Source of the DNA: Candidatus Falkowbacteria bacterium RIFOXYC2_FULL_36_12
GTDB taxonomy: Bacteria; Patescibacteriota; Patescibacteriia; UBA11705
Reading direction: 5' to 3'
Assembly: GCA_001778235.1 (NCBI GenBank)
Contig: MFGJ01000007.1
Span: 77,085 to 141,084, forward strand
DNA: 64,000 nt
Both the position numbers and the translations under genes were made by a program. The notes under the pieces are model-generated. The model had not been told where the DNA came from and searched no databases. It saw only the letters and a program-made list of their open reading frames with translations. This document shows positions 28,153-38,011 of this stretch, in pieces. The stretch's first letter is position 1. Each line of letters opens with the position of its first letter.

Positions 28153-29940
28153 TTAATCTCTTCTTTTAAACAGTTTTTCTAATTCCTCATACTTATACTC
28201 AAGAACGCAAGGACGGCCATGGACGCAAGTGTATTGACTAGGGTTTGATTCAAGTGAGTCAATCAGAGCATACATTTCATCAATAGTAAGTTCATCGCCA
28301 AATTTAACTGCACTCCGGCAACTCATCATATTCAAAACTCGATTGGTTGCATCAGAAATTTTTATTCCATCTACCATACCTGAAAGATTGTTTTCATCCA
28401 AATCATTAATAATTTCTTTTAGAGATGATTTATAATCAACTTTGTAGACGGCCAGTGGAACAGAGTTTATTACAAAGCTATTATTACTAAATTCGTCTAA
28501 CTCAAAACCAAGTCGGTTAAAAAACTCCAGGTTATTTTTTACCAAGTTTGCCTCACTCGGAGATAATTCCAAACTGTCAGGGATCAATAGTGTTTGTTTG
28601 GCAACTGAACGAGAAAGCCAGTCTCGAGAAATTTTTTCATACTGTACCCTCTCGGAAGATGCATGCTGATCATAAATTTTTATTCCTTGAGAGGTCTCAA
28701 CAATAATATATGATTTTTGAATCTGTCCAATAATTTTATATTCACGGTCAGTTTTATTTTCAACAAAAACCATTGGGTCAGTCGATAAGTTTGAGATTAA
28801 TGGCTCGGAAATATCTGAACGATGATTAAAAGAATTTGAAGGTTCAAATTTAGTCTGGTTGAAATTTTCGAATTTGAAATTACTTTTATTTTTGAGTGCA
28901 TGGCTGATGGGTGAAAAATTTCGGTCAACTTTTATCTGTTTGGTTAATTCACTTTGATCTAAAACTTCCGCCACAACTCGGTAAGCCATTTTGTAAATCA
29001 TCTGCGGTTCTGCAAAACGAACTTCCATTTTTCGAGGGTGCACATTTACATCAACTGACTTTGGGTCAATTTGGATAAACAAAATAAAGACAGGGAAAAG
29101 ATTATGGGCGATAATGGTCGAATAGGCTTCTTTCACTTGTTTGGCAATAACATACTCATTGACAGGTCGACCATTAACAAATAAATATTGAAGTTTATGA
29201 TTGTTACGAGCTATCTGCGGTTTGCCGATAAAACCTGATAAATGGAATTCTATACCATTGTAATCCACTTTCAACAAATTATCAGCGATTTCACCACCTA
29301 AAACTTCATAGATTCGGTTTCTCAAATCATTGGTGGCTGGATACTGGTAAACTGTTTTGCCATTATGGATAAACCTCCAGGTAACTTTGTTGTAGGCTAA
29401 GGCATAATTTATAAATAAATCAACAATGTGGTTGAATTCGGTGACAGCGGTTTTCAAATATTTCTGACGAGCCGGCACATTATGAAATAATTTATTGACA
29501 GTAATAGTGGTACCGTCTGAAGCCCCAATTTCCTGACTGGAACTTTGATTGTTTTCAACTTTTACTTCAATTGCGCTCAAATCATTTTTTTGTTTTGTGA
29601 TTAATGAGAAATGACTAACTGAAGAAATACTGGCCAGAGCCTCACCACGGAAACCCATTGTATTAATATTAAAAAGATCATCAAGATTAGCAATCTTGGA
29701 AGTTGCATGTTGCTTGACGGCAAGAATTGCGTCTTCTTTTGACATGCCCTTGCCATTATCTTTGATTTTTATTGAATTCACTCCCCCATTTTCGATCTCA
29801 ACTTCAATCATATCAGCACCGGCATCGAGGCTGTTTTCAACTAATTCTTTTACAACTGAAGCTGGTCTCTCGACAACTTCACCGGCAGCAATTTGATTGA
29901 TTAATTCTTGAGGTAAGATTTTGATTGTATTTTCACTCAT
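28153..29940 (-). CDS. mutL: DNA mismatch repair protein MutL
   Basis: NQIAAGEVVERPASVVKEL, GFRGEALASI, DVNVHP, DQHASSER, CVHGRP. Confidence 0.97.
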   Translation of the reverse strand: MSENTIKILPQELINQIAAGEVVERPASVVKELVENSLDAGADMIEVEIENGGVNSIKIKDNGKGMSKEDAILAVKQHATSKIANLDDLFNINTMGFRGEALASISSVSHFSLITKQKNDLSAIEVKVENNQSSSQEIGASDGTTITVNKLFHNVPARQKYLKTAVTEFNHIVDLFINYALAYNKVTWRFIHNGKTVYQYPATNDLRNRIYEVLGGEIADNLLKVDYNGIEFHLSGFIGKPQIARNNHKLQYLFVNGRPVNEYVIAKQVKEAYSTIIAHNLFPVFILFIQIDPKSVDVNVHPRKMEVRFAEPQMIYKMAYRVVAEVLDQSELTKQIKVDRNFSPISHALKNKSNFKFENFNQTKFEPSNSFNHRSDISEPLISNLSTDPMVFVENKTDREYKIIGQIQKSYIIVETSQGIKIYDQHASSERVQYEKISRDWLSRSVAKQTLLIPDSLELSPSEANLVKNNLEFFNRLGFELDEFSNNSFVINSVPLAVYKVDYKSSLKEIINDLDENNLSGMVDGIKISDATNRVLNMMSCRSAVKFGDELTIDEMYALIDSLESNPSQYTCVHGRPCVLEYKYEELEKLFKRRD

Positions 29941-30066
29941 ATAGCAATACTTTATCAATTTTTATAGCAGAAAGCAAAAAATCCTTATCTATATTTAGAT
30001 TTAGTTTTTGGAAAATTTATGCTCTAACAAAAAAGAGTGCAAAATTACACTCTATGATAATACAGT

Positions 30067-30528
30067 TTAGTAAGCTTTGAGATTGATCTTTTTGCCACAG
30101 GAAATAAACTCTGTTAGAAACTTTCCAAGTTTGTCTGTGTCCAACTTCTCGGCACAGGCTGTGACAACGGTCAGGTCACCACCAAACTTGTATCTGGCGT
30201 TCAGATATTGATAAATTGCCACCAGCGATTCAGCATCTCGGAGTTGTAATTTATAAGCAATTTCATAAGCATCAAGATACTGCTTTAACGGCAAATCACT
30301 CGGAGGAAGATAATATTTGCTGGCCAATCTATTATAATCAAATCTATTATGGGCAGAATTGTGAGCATCAGTGCTACCGGCGACTTCACAAGCAAAAAAA
30401 ATTAGCTCGCTTTCAACCATAAATCTTCTGTATTCGCGGAACAACCTTCTTTTATAAGCCAAGAATAACAGAGCACAGACAATAATCAATGTACACAAAA
30501 TAATTACAATGTACCACGAATTTTCCAT
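30067..30528 (-). CDS. Membrane-anchored hypothetical protein (G-run-led orphan)
   Basis: N-terminal TM; a run of G immediately upstream of the ATG. Confidence 0.65.
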   Translation of the reverse strand: MENSWYIVIILCTLIIVCALLFLAYKRRLFREYRRFMVESELIFFACEVAGSTDAHNSAHNRFDYNRLASKYYLPPSDLPLKQYLDAYEIAYKLQLRDAESLVAIYQYLNARYKFGGDLTVVTACAEKLDTDKLGKFLTEFISCGKKINLKAY

Positions 30529-30605
30529 TCCCCCCCCCGCCGGTTGGTGGTGGCAAGACAGAGTTTATTTAGGGTGAAATGAATTGACAGTAATGGTTGA
30601 AAAAG

Positions 30606-30785
30606 TTATTTTTTTCCCATAAACCTAGCTCTGATAGCCATAAACCCACCAAAAGTGGCTGACACTACCAACAAACCAACATAAACCAGGCGAAGAGTAC
30701 TATCGGGTGTATTGGGCAAATAAACAAGAAAATACAACAACCACAAACCCACAACGGTTAAAAGAACAATGGGAATTTGAAGCAT
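30606..30785 (-). CDS. Small 2-TM protein, 59 aa (SD-led orphan, not in the ORF track)
   Basis: MLQIPIVLLTVVGLWLLYFLVYLPNTPDSTLRLVYVGLLVVSATFGGFMAIRARFMGKK; AGGAGGT SD; TTGACA(30843)-16-TAAAAT. Confidence 0.7.
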   Translation of the reverse strand: MLQIPIVLLTVVGLWLLYFLVYLPNTPDSTLRLVYVGLLVVSATFGGFMAIRARFMGKK

Positions 30786-30869
30786 GCCACCTCCTGCCCT
30801 TTGCTGGAATAAATAATTTTAACAACTTTTATGAATTTGTCAATAAAAAAACAGTATAAATTTATACTG

Positions 30870-31217
30870 TTATGAAGGTAAATTGGCTAGTGTTAAGACA
30901 TAGAAGGCTACATTGAGACCAAAAGAAAGGAAACCTGCGACAACAATCATTGGTGGTGATGAAAAGGTACTAATAGCTAATAAAACCTGAAGGAACAAGG
31001 CAATACAACCAATGAATGTGACCACAAACTGACCAAGACTAACAGCAAAGAGGAAGAACATCAAAAGCAAAGCTGCAGTAAAAAACCATGAAATAATTAC
31101 AAAAACACTAAATCCGGCACTATAGTCCCTAGTCAAAGTAACACTGATTATCATGATTAAACAGAACAATGAACAAGCAATCATAACACCACCTAGAGTT
31201 GCCATACCTGCTACCAT
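30870..31217 (-). CDS. 4-TM membrane protein, 115 aa (SD-led orphan)
   Basis: GAGGAGG SD before ATG 31217; almost entirely hydrophobic. Confidence 0.65.
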   Translation of the reverse strand: MVAGMATLGGVMIACSLFCLIMIISVTLTRDYSAGFSVFVIISWFFTAALLLMFFLFAVSLGQFVVTFIGCIALFLQVLLAISTFSSPPMIVVAGFLSFGLNVAFYVLTLANLPS

Positions 31218-31265
31218 GTCTGCCTCCTCGGGGTAAAAGGACAATACTAAAAAGTATCTAAATTT

Positions 31266-33815
31266 TTAATTTTTGTCAATATTTTTCTTCAGCTGTTCAA
31301 TTTTTTGCAAAGCTTCAATCGGAGTAATAGCATTCGGATCAATTTTCATTAATTCCTTGGCTAGCCTCTCTTCTCGCGGAGAAAATTCCAAAGATTTCTG
31401 AACTGGTTTAGTTATTGTCAGATTTGACTTTGCTTCTAGTTCGCGAAGTACTTCTTCAGCTCGGTCAATTATTTTATCTGGTAAACCAGCTAATTTGGCA
31501 ACTTCAATGCCATAACTGTCACTGGTTGCGCCTCGGATAATCTTATGAAGAAAAACAACTTTTCCCTGATTTTCTGACACAGCCACACAATAATTTTCAG
31601 CTCGGGGTAATTTCGCAACTATATCAACTAATTCATGATAATGAGTGGCGAACAAAGTTTTTGCTCTGATTTGGTTATGAATGTATTCTACAATAGACCA
31701 AGCAATACTAACACCATCAAAGGTTGAAGTCCCACGACCAATTTCATCAAGCACAATCAAAGATCTTTCAGTGGCATTATTAATAATATTGGCAGCTTCC
31801 TGCATCTCATTCATAAAGGTTGAAACACCCTGACTCAAATTGTCACTGGCTCCAACACGAGTAAATATCCGATCAACAAGACCAATCTCGGCTGACCTAG
31901 CAGGGACAAAACTTCCAGTCTGTGCTAGCAATGTGATCAAGGCAACCTGACGCAAATAACTGGACTTGCCCGACATGTTCGGACCGGTAAGTAAAATCAT
32001 TTCATTTTTTTCATGATCAAATTCTGTATCATTCGAAACATAGCGATCAGCTAATCGTTCAATGACAGGGTGACGGCCATCTTTTATGATTATCCGACCA
32101 TTAGCATTGACAACAGGCTTGCAGTAATCATTGGCGCGGGCCAGAATGAAAAAACCTAAAACCAAATCAAGTTCAGCGATTTGCCTGGCAGAATTTTGGA
32201 TTTCAGCAAAATATTTTACTACTTTTTCTCTTAGTTCCTGAAAAATCTGGTATTCAATATGGGAAATTTTGTCTTCAGCACCAAGAACTTTTTCTTCATA
32301 CTCTTTTAATTCTGGCGTAATAAATCTCTCCGCATTGACCAAAGTCTGCTTCCTAATATAATTTTCTGGGACAGCATTTAATTTTGTATTACTTATCTCA
32401 ATATAATAACCAAATACTTTGTTATATTTAACTTTCAGCGATGAAATCCCAGTATTTTTTATTTCCTGTGCCTGCATTTCCAAAATCCAGTCTTTGCCAC
32501 CACGAGAAATTTGCCGGAGCTGATCAAGTTCAGCATTATAACCATCTTTTATCATCTGACCTTGATTCAAAGTAATTGGCGGTTCATCAACCAAGGTCTC
32601 TTCGATTAATTTTATTACTGATTCATGCGAGACTAAATTGGAATTTATATCTGTGAATTTCTGCTGTTGCAATTCGACCAGTAATAATTTCAGAGGATTG
32701 ATTAATTTCAGACTATGTTTCAAAGCTACAAGATCCCGAGCATTGGCACGACCACAACCGATCTTGCCAACTAGGCGTTCAAAATCAGACATTTGCTTTA
32801 ATGACTCAATAATTTTTATGGCAATAGGTACTGTATTAACTAATTCTTCAACCGCATTAAGTCTATCAGTAATTTGATTAAGATTTATAAAAGGCAAAAG
32901 TAAACTACGGCGCAGAGCCCGACCCCCCATAGCTGTAATGGTCTGGTCCACTACCTGAAGCAAACTGCCATCAGTAGAAAATGTCCAATTATTTTGCAAT
33001 AACTCTAGATTTCTAATAGTAGCCTGATCTAAAGTCATAAAATTTTCTATAGCATAACGCTTCATGGTAAGAATATGATCCAAGGCGGTTTTCTGGGTTT
33101 CTTTCAAGTATCCCAGTAAATTCCCCGCACTTTCAATTGCCACGGGTAGTTCATTTAGACCAAAACTGGAAAGATTCTTTACCTTGAATTGCTCAACTAA
33201 ACTACGATCAGCTTTTTCAAAAGCTGGCAATTTGTAAACATTAAGATTTTTTAACCCAGCAATAAATTCAGTTAAACGGCTATCATTTATCAATTCTGGA
33301 GTAACAATTATTTCACTTGGCTTTAATCTGGCTAATTCATTTTTCACAACTTCTAAATTGAGAATTTCAGTTGCTTGGAAATCTCCAATCGTCAAATCGC
33401 AAACTGCAAAGCCCCAAGTATTTTTCTGCAAACTCAAACTGACAAGATAATTGTTCTGCCTGTTGTCTAAGACTGAATCATTCATGGTTGTACCTGGGGT
33501 AACCACACGCACAACTTCGCGCTTCACAATCCCAGGCAACGATGGATCACTAATCTGCTCACAGATAGCAACTCGTTTGCCAACTTTTGTTAATTTGGCA
33601 ATGTAATTTTCAGCTGCGTGATAAGGGATTCCGCACATTGGTGTTTCATTTTCAGTGCCTTTGGCTCTCTTGGTTAAAGTAATATTTAGTATTCCAGAAG
33701 CTTCCCTAGCATCCTCACCAAACATTTCATAAAAATCACCCATGCGAAAAAACAAGATATCTTTGGGATATTTTTGTTTTATCTCATAATATTGTTGGAA
33801 CATTGGAGTTGGCAT
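31266..33815 (-). CDS. mutS: DNA mismatch repair protein MutS
   Basis: TPMFQQY, FFRMGDFYEMF, TGPNMSGKS, STFMNEM, DEIGRGTST, SYGIEVA. Confidence 0.98.
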   Translation of the reverse strand: MPTPMFQQYYEIKQKYPKDILFFRMGDFYEMFGEDAREASGILNITLTKRAKGTENETPMCGIPYHAAENYIAKLTKVGKRVAICEQISDPSLPGIVKREVVRVVTPGTTMNDSVLDNRQNNYLVSLSLQKNTWGFAVCDLTIGDFQATEILNLEVVKNELARLKPSEIIVTPELINDSRLTEFIAGLKNLNVYKLPAFEKADRSLVEQFKVKNLSSFGLNELPVAIESAGNLLGYLKETQKTALDHILTMKRYAIENFMTLDQATIRNLELLQNNWTFSTDGSLLQVVDQTITAMGGRALRRSLLLPFINLNQITDRLNAVEELVNTVPIAIKIIESLKQMSDFERLVGKIGCGRANARDLVALKHSLKLINPLKLLLVELQQQKFTDINSNLVSHESVIKLIEETLVDEPPITLNQGQMIKDGYNAELDQLRQISRGGKDWILEMQAQEIKNTGISSLKVKYNKVFGYYIEISNTKLNAVPENYIRKQTLVNAERFITPELKEYEEKVLGAEDKISHIEYQIFQELREKVVKYFAEIQNSARQIAELDLVLGFFILARANDYCKPVVNANGRIIIKDGRHPVIERLADRYVSNDTEFDHEKNEMILLTGPNMSGKSSYLRQVALITLLAQTGSFVPARSAEIGLVDRIFTRVGASDNLSQGVSTFMNEMQEAANIINNATERSLIVLDEIGRGTSTFDGVSIAWSIVEYIHNQIRAKTLFATHYHELVDIVAKLPRAENYCVAVSENQGKVVFLHKIIRGATSDSYGIEVAKLAGLPDKIIDRAEEVLRELEAKSNLTITKPVQKSLEFSPREERLAKELMKIDPNAITPIEALQKIEQLKKNIDKN

Positions 33816-33919
33816 AACTAAATTATACTTTAACAAAAATATACTTTTTTTTCACCTTGACAATTAAGCTGGAAATGCTATATTATCAACATCCTCGAGA
33901 AACAACAAGGGGAAAAAGA

Positions 33920-34120
33920 ATGAAAACCACAAGAGAGTATTATTCTTCTGTATATTTCCAGTTGAAATTTGGGACAAATTGTCATCATCCTGCTTGTTGT
34001 CGTCAGCGAGCTGAATATCGGAAAATTCGTCAATTCCCAGACTGCAGTAAGGATTGCAAGAAAGGTCTAAGTGAGCTAACTCCAGAGTGTCGGGAAAAGC
34101 CATTTCTAGTTAAAAATTAA
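33920..34120 (+). CDS. Small Cys-rich basic protein, 66 aa (purine-rich leader)
   Basis: TTGACA(33857)-16-TATATT, AAGGGG before ATG 33920; 6 Cys; hairpin downstream. Confidence 0.5.
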   Translation: MKTTREYYSSVYFQLKFGTNCHHPACCRQRAEYRKIRQFPDCSKDCKKGLSELTPECREKPFLVKN

Positions 34121-34167
34121 ACAAAAACCCAGTCTTTAGTAAAGTCTGGATTTTTATTTGGTAAAAA

Positions 34168-34485
34168 TTATACTTGTGGTTTGTTTTCATCATTCATTTC
34201 ATTTTTTGGTTCTTCAACCGGCAATTCTACTGTGGGTGAATTTTGTTCAGTAGAAGTACTGATTGAGTCTTTTTTTTCTTCTTCTGTATCTGGCATTAAA
34301 TTTACTTCTGGCGTCTGATCAACCATTGGCGCAGGGACTTCATTTTCTTCTGCTTGGACAGGTTCAGCATCACATTTATTACAGATATTTGGATTTTTTT
34401 CTGATCGTTTTACACCCAAAATTTTGGAAAAACCTGAAAGGAATCCTCCAATTGGCGCCCCGCACTTTTCGCATTTTTTTTCCAT
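34168..34485 (-). CDS. Hypothetical protein: zinc-ribbon head plus acidic disordered tail
   Basis: CEKC...CNKC followed by an E/P/N-rich region. Confidence 0.65.
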   Translation of the reverse strand: MEKKCEKCGAPIGGFLSGFSKILGVKRSEKNPNICNKCDAEPVQAEENEVPAPMVDQTPEVNLMPDTEEEKKDSISTSTEQNSPTVELPVEEPKNEMNDENKPQV

Positions 34486-34526
34486 AGGTTTGCAGTTAAT
34501 AATAGTTATTTAAAATTATTGTTTAA

Positions 34527-34829
34527 TTAATCTAGGTTGAATCTATTTCGAATTTTTTTAATTCTATCTTTTTCAGCAAAATCAGGCTCTGGTTCAATTC
34601 CGCCCCCTGGCATTGAAACCAACTGTGCTGAAATTACCTGTTTTAAGAATTCAATATCTTTTGGAGTTATCTTCCCAGTATGTAATTTTTTTTCAATTTT
34701 TTTTAATTGCGCCATTGTCTCATGAGGAACCAAAGGTGGACCTGAACGCTCTTTTTGCTGGAGCTTGTATTCTCTAACTCCATTTTCATCAAAACCCTGA
34801 TTGAATTCTTGTGGTCGTGGTAAAGCCAT
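34527..34829 (-). CDS. Hypothetical protein, 100 aa
   Basis: Clean ORF co-oriented with alaS. Confidence 0.6.
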   Translation of the reverse strand: MALPRPQEFNQGFDENGVREYKLQQKERSGPPLVPHETMAQLKKIEKKLHTGKITPKDIEFLKQVISAQLVSMPGGGIEPEPDFAEKDRIKKIRNRFNLD

Positions 34830-34833
34830 ATTC

Positions 34834-34902
34834 TTTATATTAATTTAATACTGCTTTTATTCTACGAATTCCAGCTGAACTGGATTCTTCTTTTTTTATT
34901 TG
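34834..34902. repeat. 69-bp exact duplicate of the alaS 3' end
   Basis: Identical to 35605-35673 (offset 771 bp). Confidence 0.95.
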
Positions 34903-35594
34903 TCTTTACCTTTATTCCAAGCTGTTTCAGCCTGCCAACCAACCAAAATTCTTGTTGGGACATCTACCCGGATCAGCTTTTCAGTGGCTTTTTCCGAAAA
35001 ACCCTCTTTCACCACATAACTCATCTCAACCAATGATTTGTCAACTGAAAATTTACCTACCTGCGCCCTACGCCAGGCTCCATTTGCATCGCGAATCATA
35101 AGCTCCGTTGCTTCTTTGTCCCATTTATTAAATAAATCATTGCCGTATTTGGCTACAACATCAGCTTCTTTGTTTACATAGTCGCGATCCACCCCTAAAT
35201 TTTGCATAATTTCCCGCTGCCAATTCATAAATACTGTTTGTGGCACAGTCATCATTGATTTAATGCCGCCATCTTCAACCATTTCTACTTTCACATTCTT
35301 TTCATCTGAACCCACAATTTTTGCCTGAACCCAGCCATTATCCACTCCACCTCTAATCGCCACTGTCGCCTTGGCATCTATCAAAGAATGTAATTTACCC
35401 ATGTCACCGGTACTTATCATTAACATTCTTGAAAAATAATTTATTGCATCCTGCTCTGCCCTGTTAGCCCTTTCAGACTTTGTTAGCATGGGAGCTTTTA
35501 TACTTTCTGTTATTGGCTCTTGTTGAGACGAAACAGTTTCCTGTGTTTTTTCCTCCACACCTTTTTTCCCAAATAATTTTTCTAAAAAACCCAT
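34896..35594 (-). CDS. Hypothetical protein, 232 aa, with an internal duplication
   Basis: Two similar halves (IRGGVDNGWVQAKI...VPQTVFMNWQRE and IRDANGAWRRAQV...VPTRILVGWQAE); lies between the 69-bp repeats. Confidence 0.7.
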   Translation of the reverse strand: MGFLEKLFGKKGVEEKTQETVSSQQEPITESIKAPMLTKSERANRAEQDAINYFSRMLMISTGDMGKLHSLIDAKATVAIRGGVDNGWVQAKIVGSDEKNVKVEMVEDGGIKSMMTVPQTVFMNWQREIMQNLGVDRDYVNKEADVVAKYGNDLFNKWDKEATELMIRDANGAWRRAQVGKFSVDKSLVEMSYVVKEGFSEKATEKLIRVDVPTRILVGWQAETAWNKGKDK

Positions 35595-35610
35595 AGATTT
35601 GTTTTTTATA

Positions 35611-37461
35611 TTAATTTAATACTGCTTTTATTCTACGAATTCCAGCTGAACTGGATTCTTCTTTTTTTATTTGGAAATGCCCAAGTTCGCCGGTGTGTTC
35701 TACATGAGGACCGCCACACATTTCAGCTGAAACATCACCAACTGTATACACTTTTACTATATCACCATATTTATCCTCAAACAAACCTGTAACCTTTTTT
35801 TCCCGAGCTTCATCATAAGGTAATTCTTGGCAGATAACTTGGTAATCTGCTTCAATCCATTTGTTTACTAAATCTTCAACTTTTTTGATCTGCTCTGGGG
35901 TCATCTTGTCTGGATGAGTAAAATCAAATCTTAATCGTTCTTCAGTTATGTTACTGCCTTTTTGATTAACATGCTTGCCAAGAACTTGACGCAAAGCTGA
36001 ATGAAGTAGATGAGTAGCTGTGTGAAGCTTCATGGTAGCGTCAGAGTGTTCGGCGAGGCCACCCTTGAATTTCTTTTCTGATCCATGGCGGGAGAGATTT
36101 TGGTGTTTGACAAATTCTGAATTGAATTCTGCTTCATCAATATTAATCCCCTTTTCCAAAGCTAATTCTTCGGTCATCTCAAGTGGAAAACCATAGGTTG
36201 AAAATAAAATAAAGGCTTCATGACCAGAAATTTTATTGCCTCTGGACATTTTTTCAAACTCTTTCAAACCTTTTTCTAATGTCTTGGCAAATTTCTCTTC
36301 TTCACTGGTAATTTCAGCTAATATCTGGTCTTTTTTACTATCAATCTTATAAATTTCTGAATAATAATTTATGTATTCTTCGACAATTTGATTGGCAAAA
36401 GATTTTTCAATACCTAGTTGATGAGCATAACGAACTGACCGACGAATCAAGCGACGAGTAAAATATCCTTGGTCCACATTTGAAGGGTTTGCTCCATCAA
36501 AAATTAATAAAGTGGCGGCTTTCAGATGATCACAAATAATACGGAAAGCTTTGTTATCATCAGCATTTGCATCATATTTTTTACCTGAAATATCTTCCAA
36601 TTTTCTAATGGCTGTTTGGAACAAATCAATATTAAAAATATCTGGAGAATCAATGGCAGCCATAGTCATCCGTTCTAATCCGCCACCAAAATCAACATTT
36701 TGTTGAGGCAATTGTTCAAAACCAGTTTTAGTTTTTATATATTGCATGAAAACATTGTTGCCGATTTCAATAAACCGACCGCAGTCGCAATTGACATGAC
36801 ATTTTTGTTTTGAAAACTGTGAATTTTCATGAATTTGTTTATCAACGCCAAAATCCCAGAAAATTTCTGAATCTGGACCACCTGGTTCTCCGACTGGCAT
36901 GCTTGAGCTAATACCGGCACGACTCCACCAATTTTTAGTTTCATCATAGTAAAAAATCTTGCCATCTTGCATGCCATTTTCTGTGACATTTTCAACTGCT
37001 TTGGCCTCAATCCCAAGTTTTTTGAATTCTTCTTGCCACAATTGTACGGCATCATCATCTTTCGGGATGTTGATATCTAGCTTACCACCGAAAACTGTAA
37101 TGAATATTCTATTTGGGTCAAGTTTTAATTCCTTTGTAAGAAATTCAAACATCCAAGATATTTGTTCTTTCTTGAAATAGTCTCCCAAACTCCAATTACC
37201 AAGCATTTCAAAACAAGTAGTATGACGATTGTCCCCAATTTCATTAATGTCCTGTGTCCTAAAACATCTTTGGGAGTCAGCAATTCTGACACCTAAAGGA
37301 TGTTTTTCTCCAAGCAAGTATGGAATCATTGGTTGCATGCCAGCGCTAGTAAATAATGTTGTTGGATCATTTTCTGGCAAAAGTGAAGCAGAAGGAATAA
37401 TTGCATGTCCTTTGTTTTTGAAGAAATCTAAATATTTTTGTCGTAATTCATGAGTTGTCAT
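35611..37461 (-). CDS. alaS: Alanine--tRNA ligase lacking the C-Ala domain
   Basis: LFTSAGMQP, RHTTCFEMLGNWS, DFGGGLER, HTATHLLH, CGGPHV; ends at GIRRIKAVLN. Confidence 0.97.
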   Translation of the reverse strand: MTTHELRQKYLDFFKNKGHAIIPSASLLPENDPTTLFTSAGMQPMIPYLLGEKHPLGVRIADSQRCFRTQDINEIGDNRHTTCFEMLGNWSLGDYFKKEQISWMFEFLTKELKLDPNRIFITVFGGKLDINIPKDDDAVQLWQEEFKKLGIEAKAVENVTENGMQDGKIFYYDETKNWWSRAGISSSMPVGEPGGPDSEIFWDFGVDKQIHENSQFSKQKCHVNCDCGRFIEIGNNVFMQYIKTKTGFEQLPQQNVDFGGGLERMTMAAIDSPDIFNIDLFQTAIRKLEDISGKKYDANADDNKAFRIICDHLKAATLLIFDGANPSNVDQGYFTRRLIRRSVRYAHQLGIEKSFANQIVEEYINYYSEIYKIDSKKDQILAEITSEEEKFAKTLEKGLKEFEKMSRGNKISGHEAFILFSTYGFPLEMTEELALEKGINIDEAEFNSEFVKHQNLSRHGSEKKFKGGLAEHSDATMKLHTATHLLHSALRQVLGKHVNQKGSNITEERLRFDFTHPDKMTPEQIKKVEDLVNKWIEADYQVICQELPYDEAREKKVTGLFEDKYGDIVKVYTVGDVSAEMCGGPHVEHTGELGHFQIKKEESSSAGIRRIKAVLN

Positions 37462-37514
37462 AGTAGTTGTATATAAAGAAAACAGAAAAGCAAAAAATCA
37501 AAAAACAAATCCGA

Positions 37515-37886
37515 CTAATTGCTGAAATTTTTCAAATGATTTGAAATGTTTTCAATTTCCTTCCAAAGCATTGCTGAGATCTCCTCAGAATAACTTTTAA
37601 GTTTTTGATAATTATCTTCTAACAAATATTTTTCTTCGAATGAAAATTTTAATAAATATTTTGATTCCTGAAGTGATGCAAAAGAAATTTCTAAAAAATG
37701 TAGCCGAGATTTTAGTCTTCCCCTGGCATAACCTTCAATATAATTCAATACAACCGACAAAGATGATCTTCTAAATTGTGAAGTCACCCCAAATGTTTCT
37801 TCTTTCGGGAATATTTTTGTTACTTTATAAACCCCATGTACATAAACATCCATTTTGTCACAAAGCTTTTTTTGGTAGTCATTCAT
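37515..37886 (-). CDS. Four-helix-bundle protein (23S rRNA IVS/TIGR02436-like family)
   Basis: FPKEETFGVTSQFRRSSLSVVLNYIEG, LEISFASLQE. Confidence 0.9.
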   Translation of the reverse strand: MNDYQKKLCDKMDVYVHGVYKVTKIFPKEETFGVTSQFRRSSLSVVLNYIEGYARGRLKSRLHFLEISFASLQESKYLLKFSFEEKYLLEDNYQKLKSYSEEISAMLWKEIENISNHLKNFSN

Positions 37887-38011
37887 AGTCGTGATTTCAT
37901 GATTTCTGGATTTTTTGATTTATTTTATACTTCATACATCATATTCTATCTTATTTTTGCAATTTTATCAAATTATCTTGCACTTTATTTTCCTAGATAA
38001 CAACGCCATTA

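Noticed and set aside
35611-37461. alaS as a pseudogene truncated by the adjacent insertion
   Set aside because: Aminoacylation and editing motifs are intact, the stop codon is present in both repeat copies, and short AlaRS forms are expected in reduced genomes
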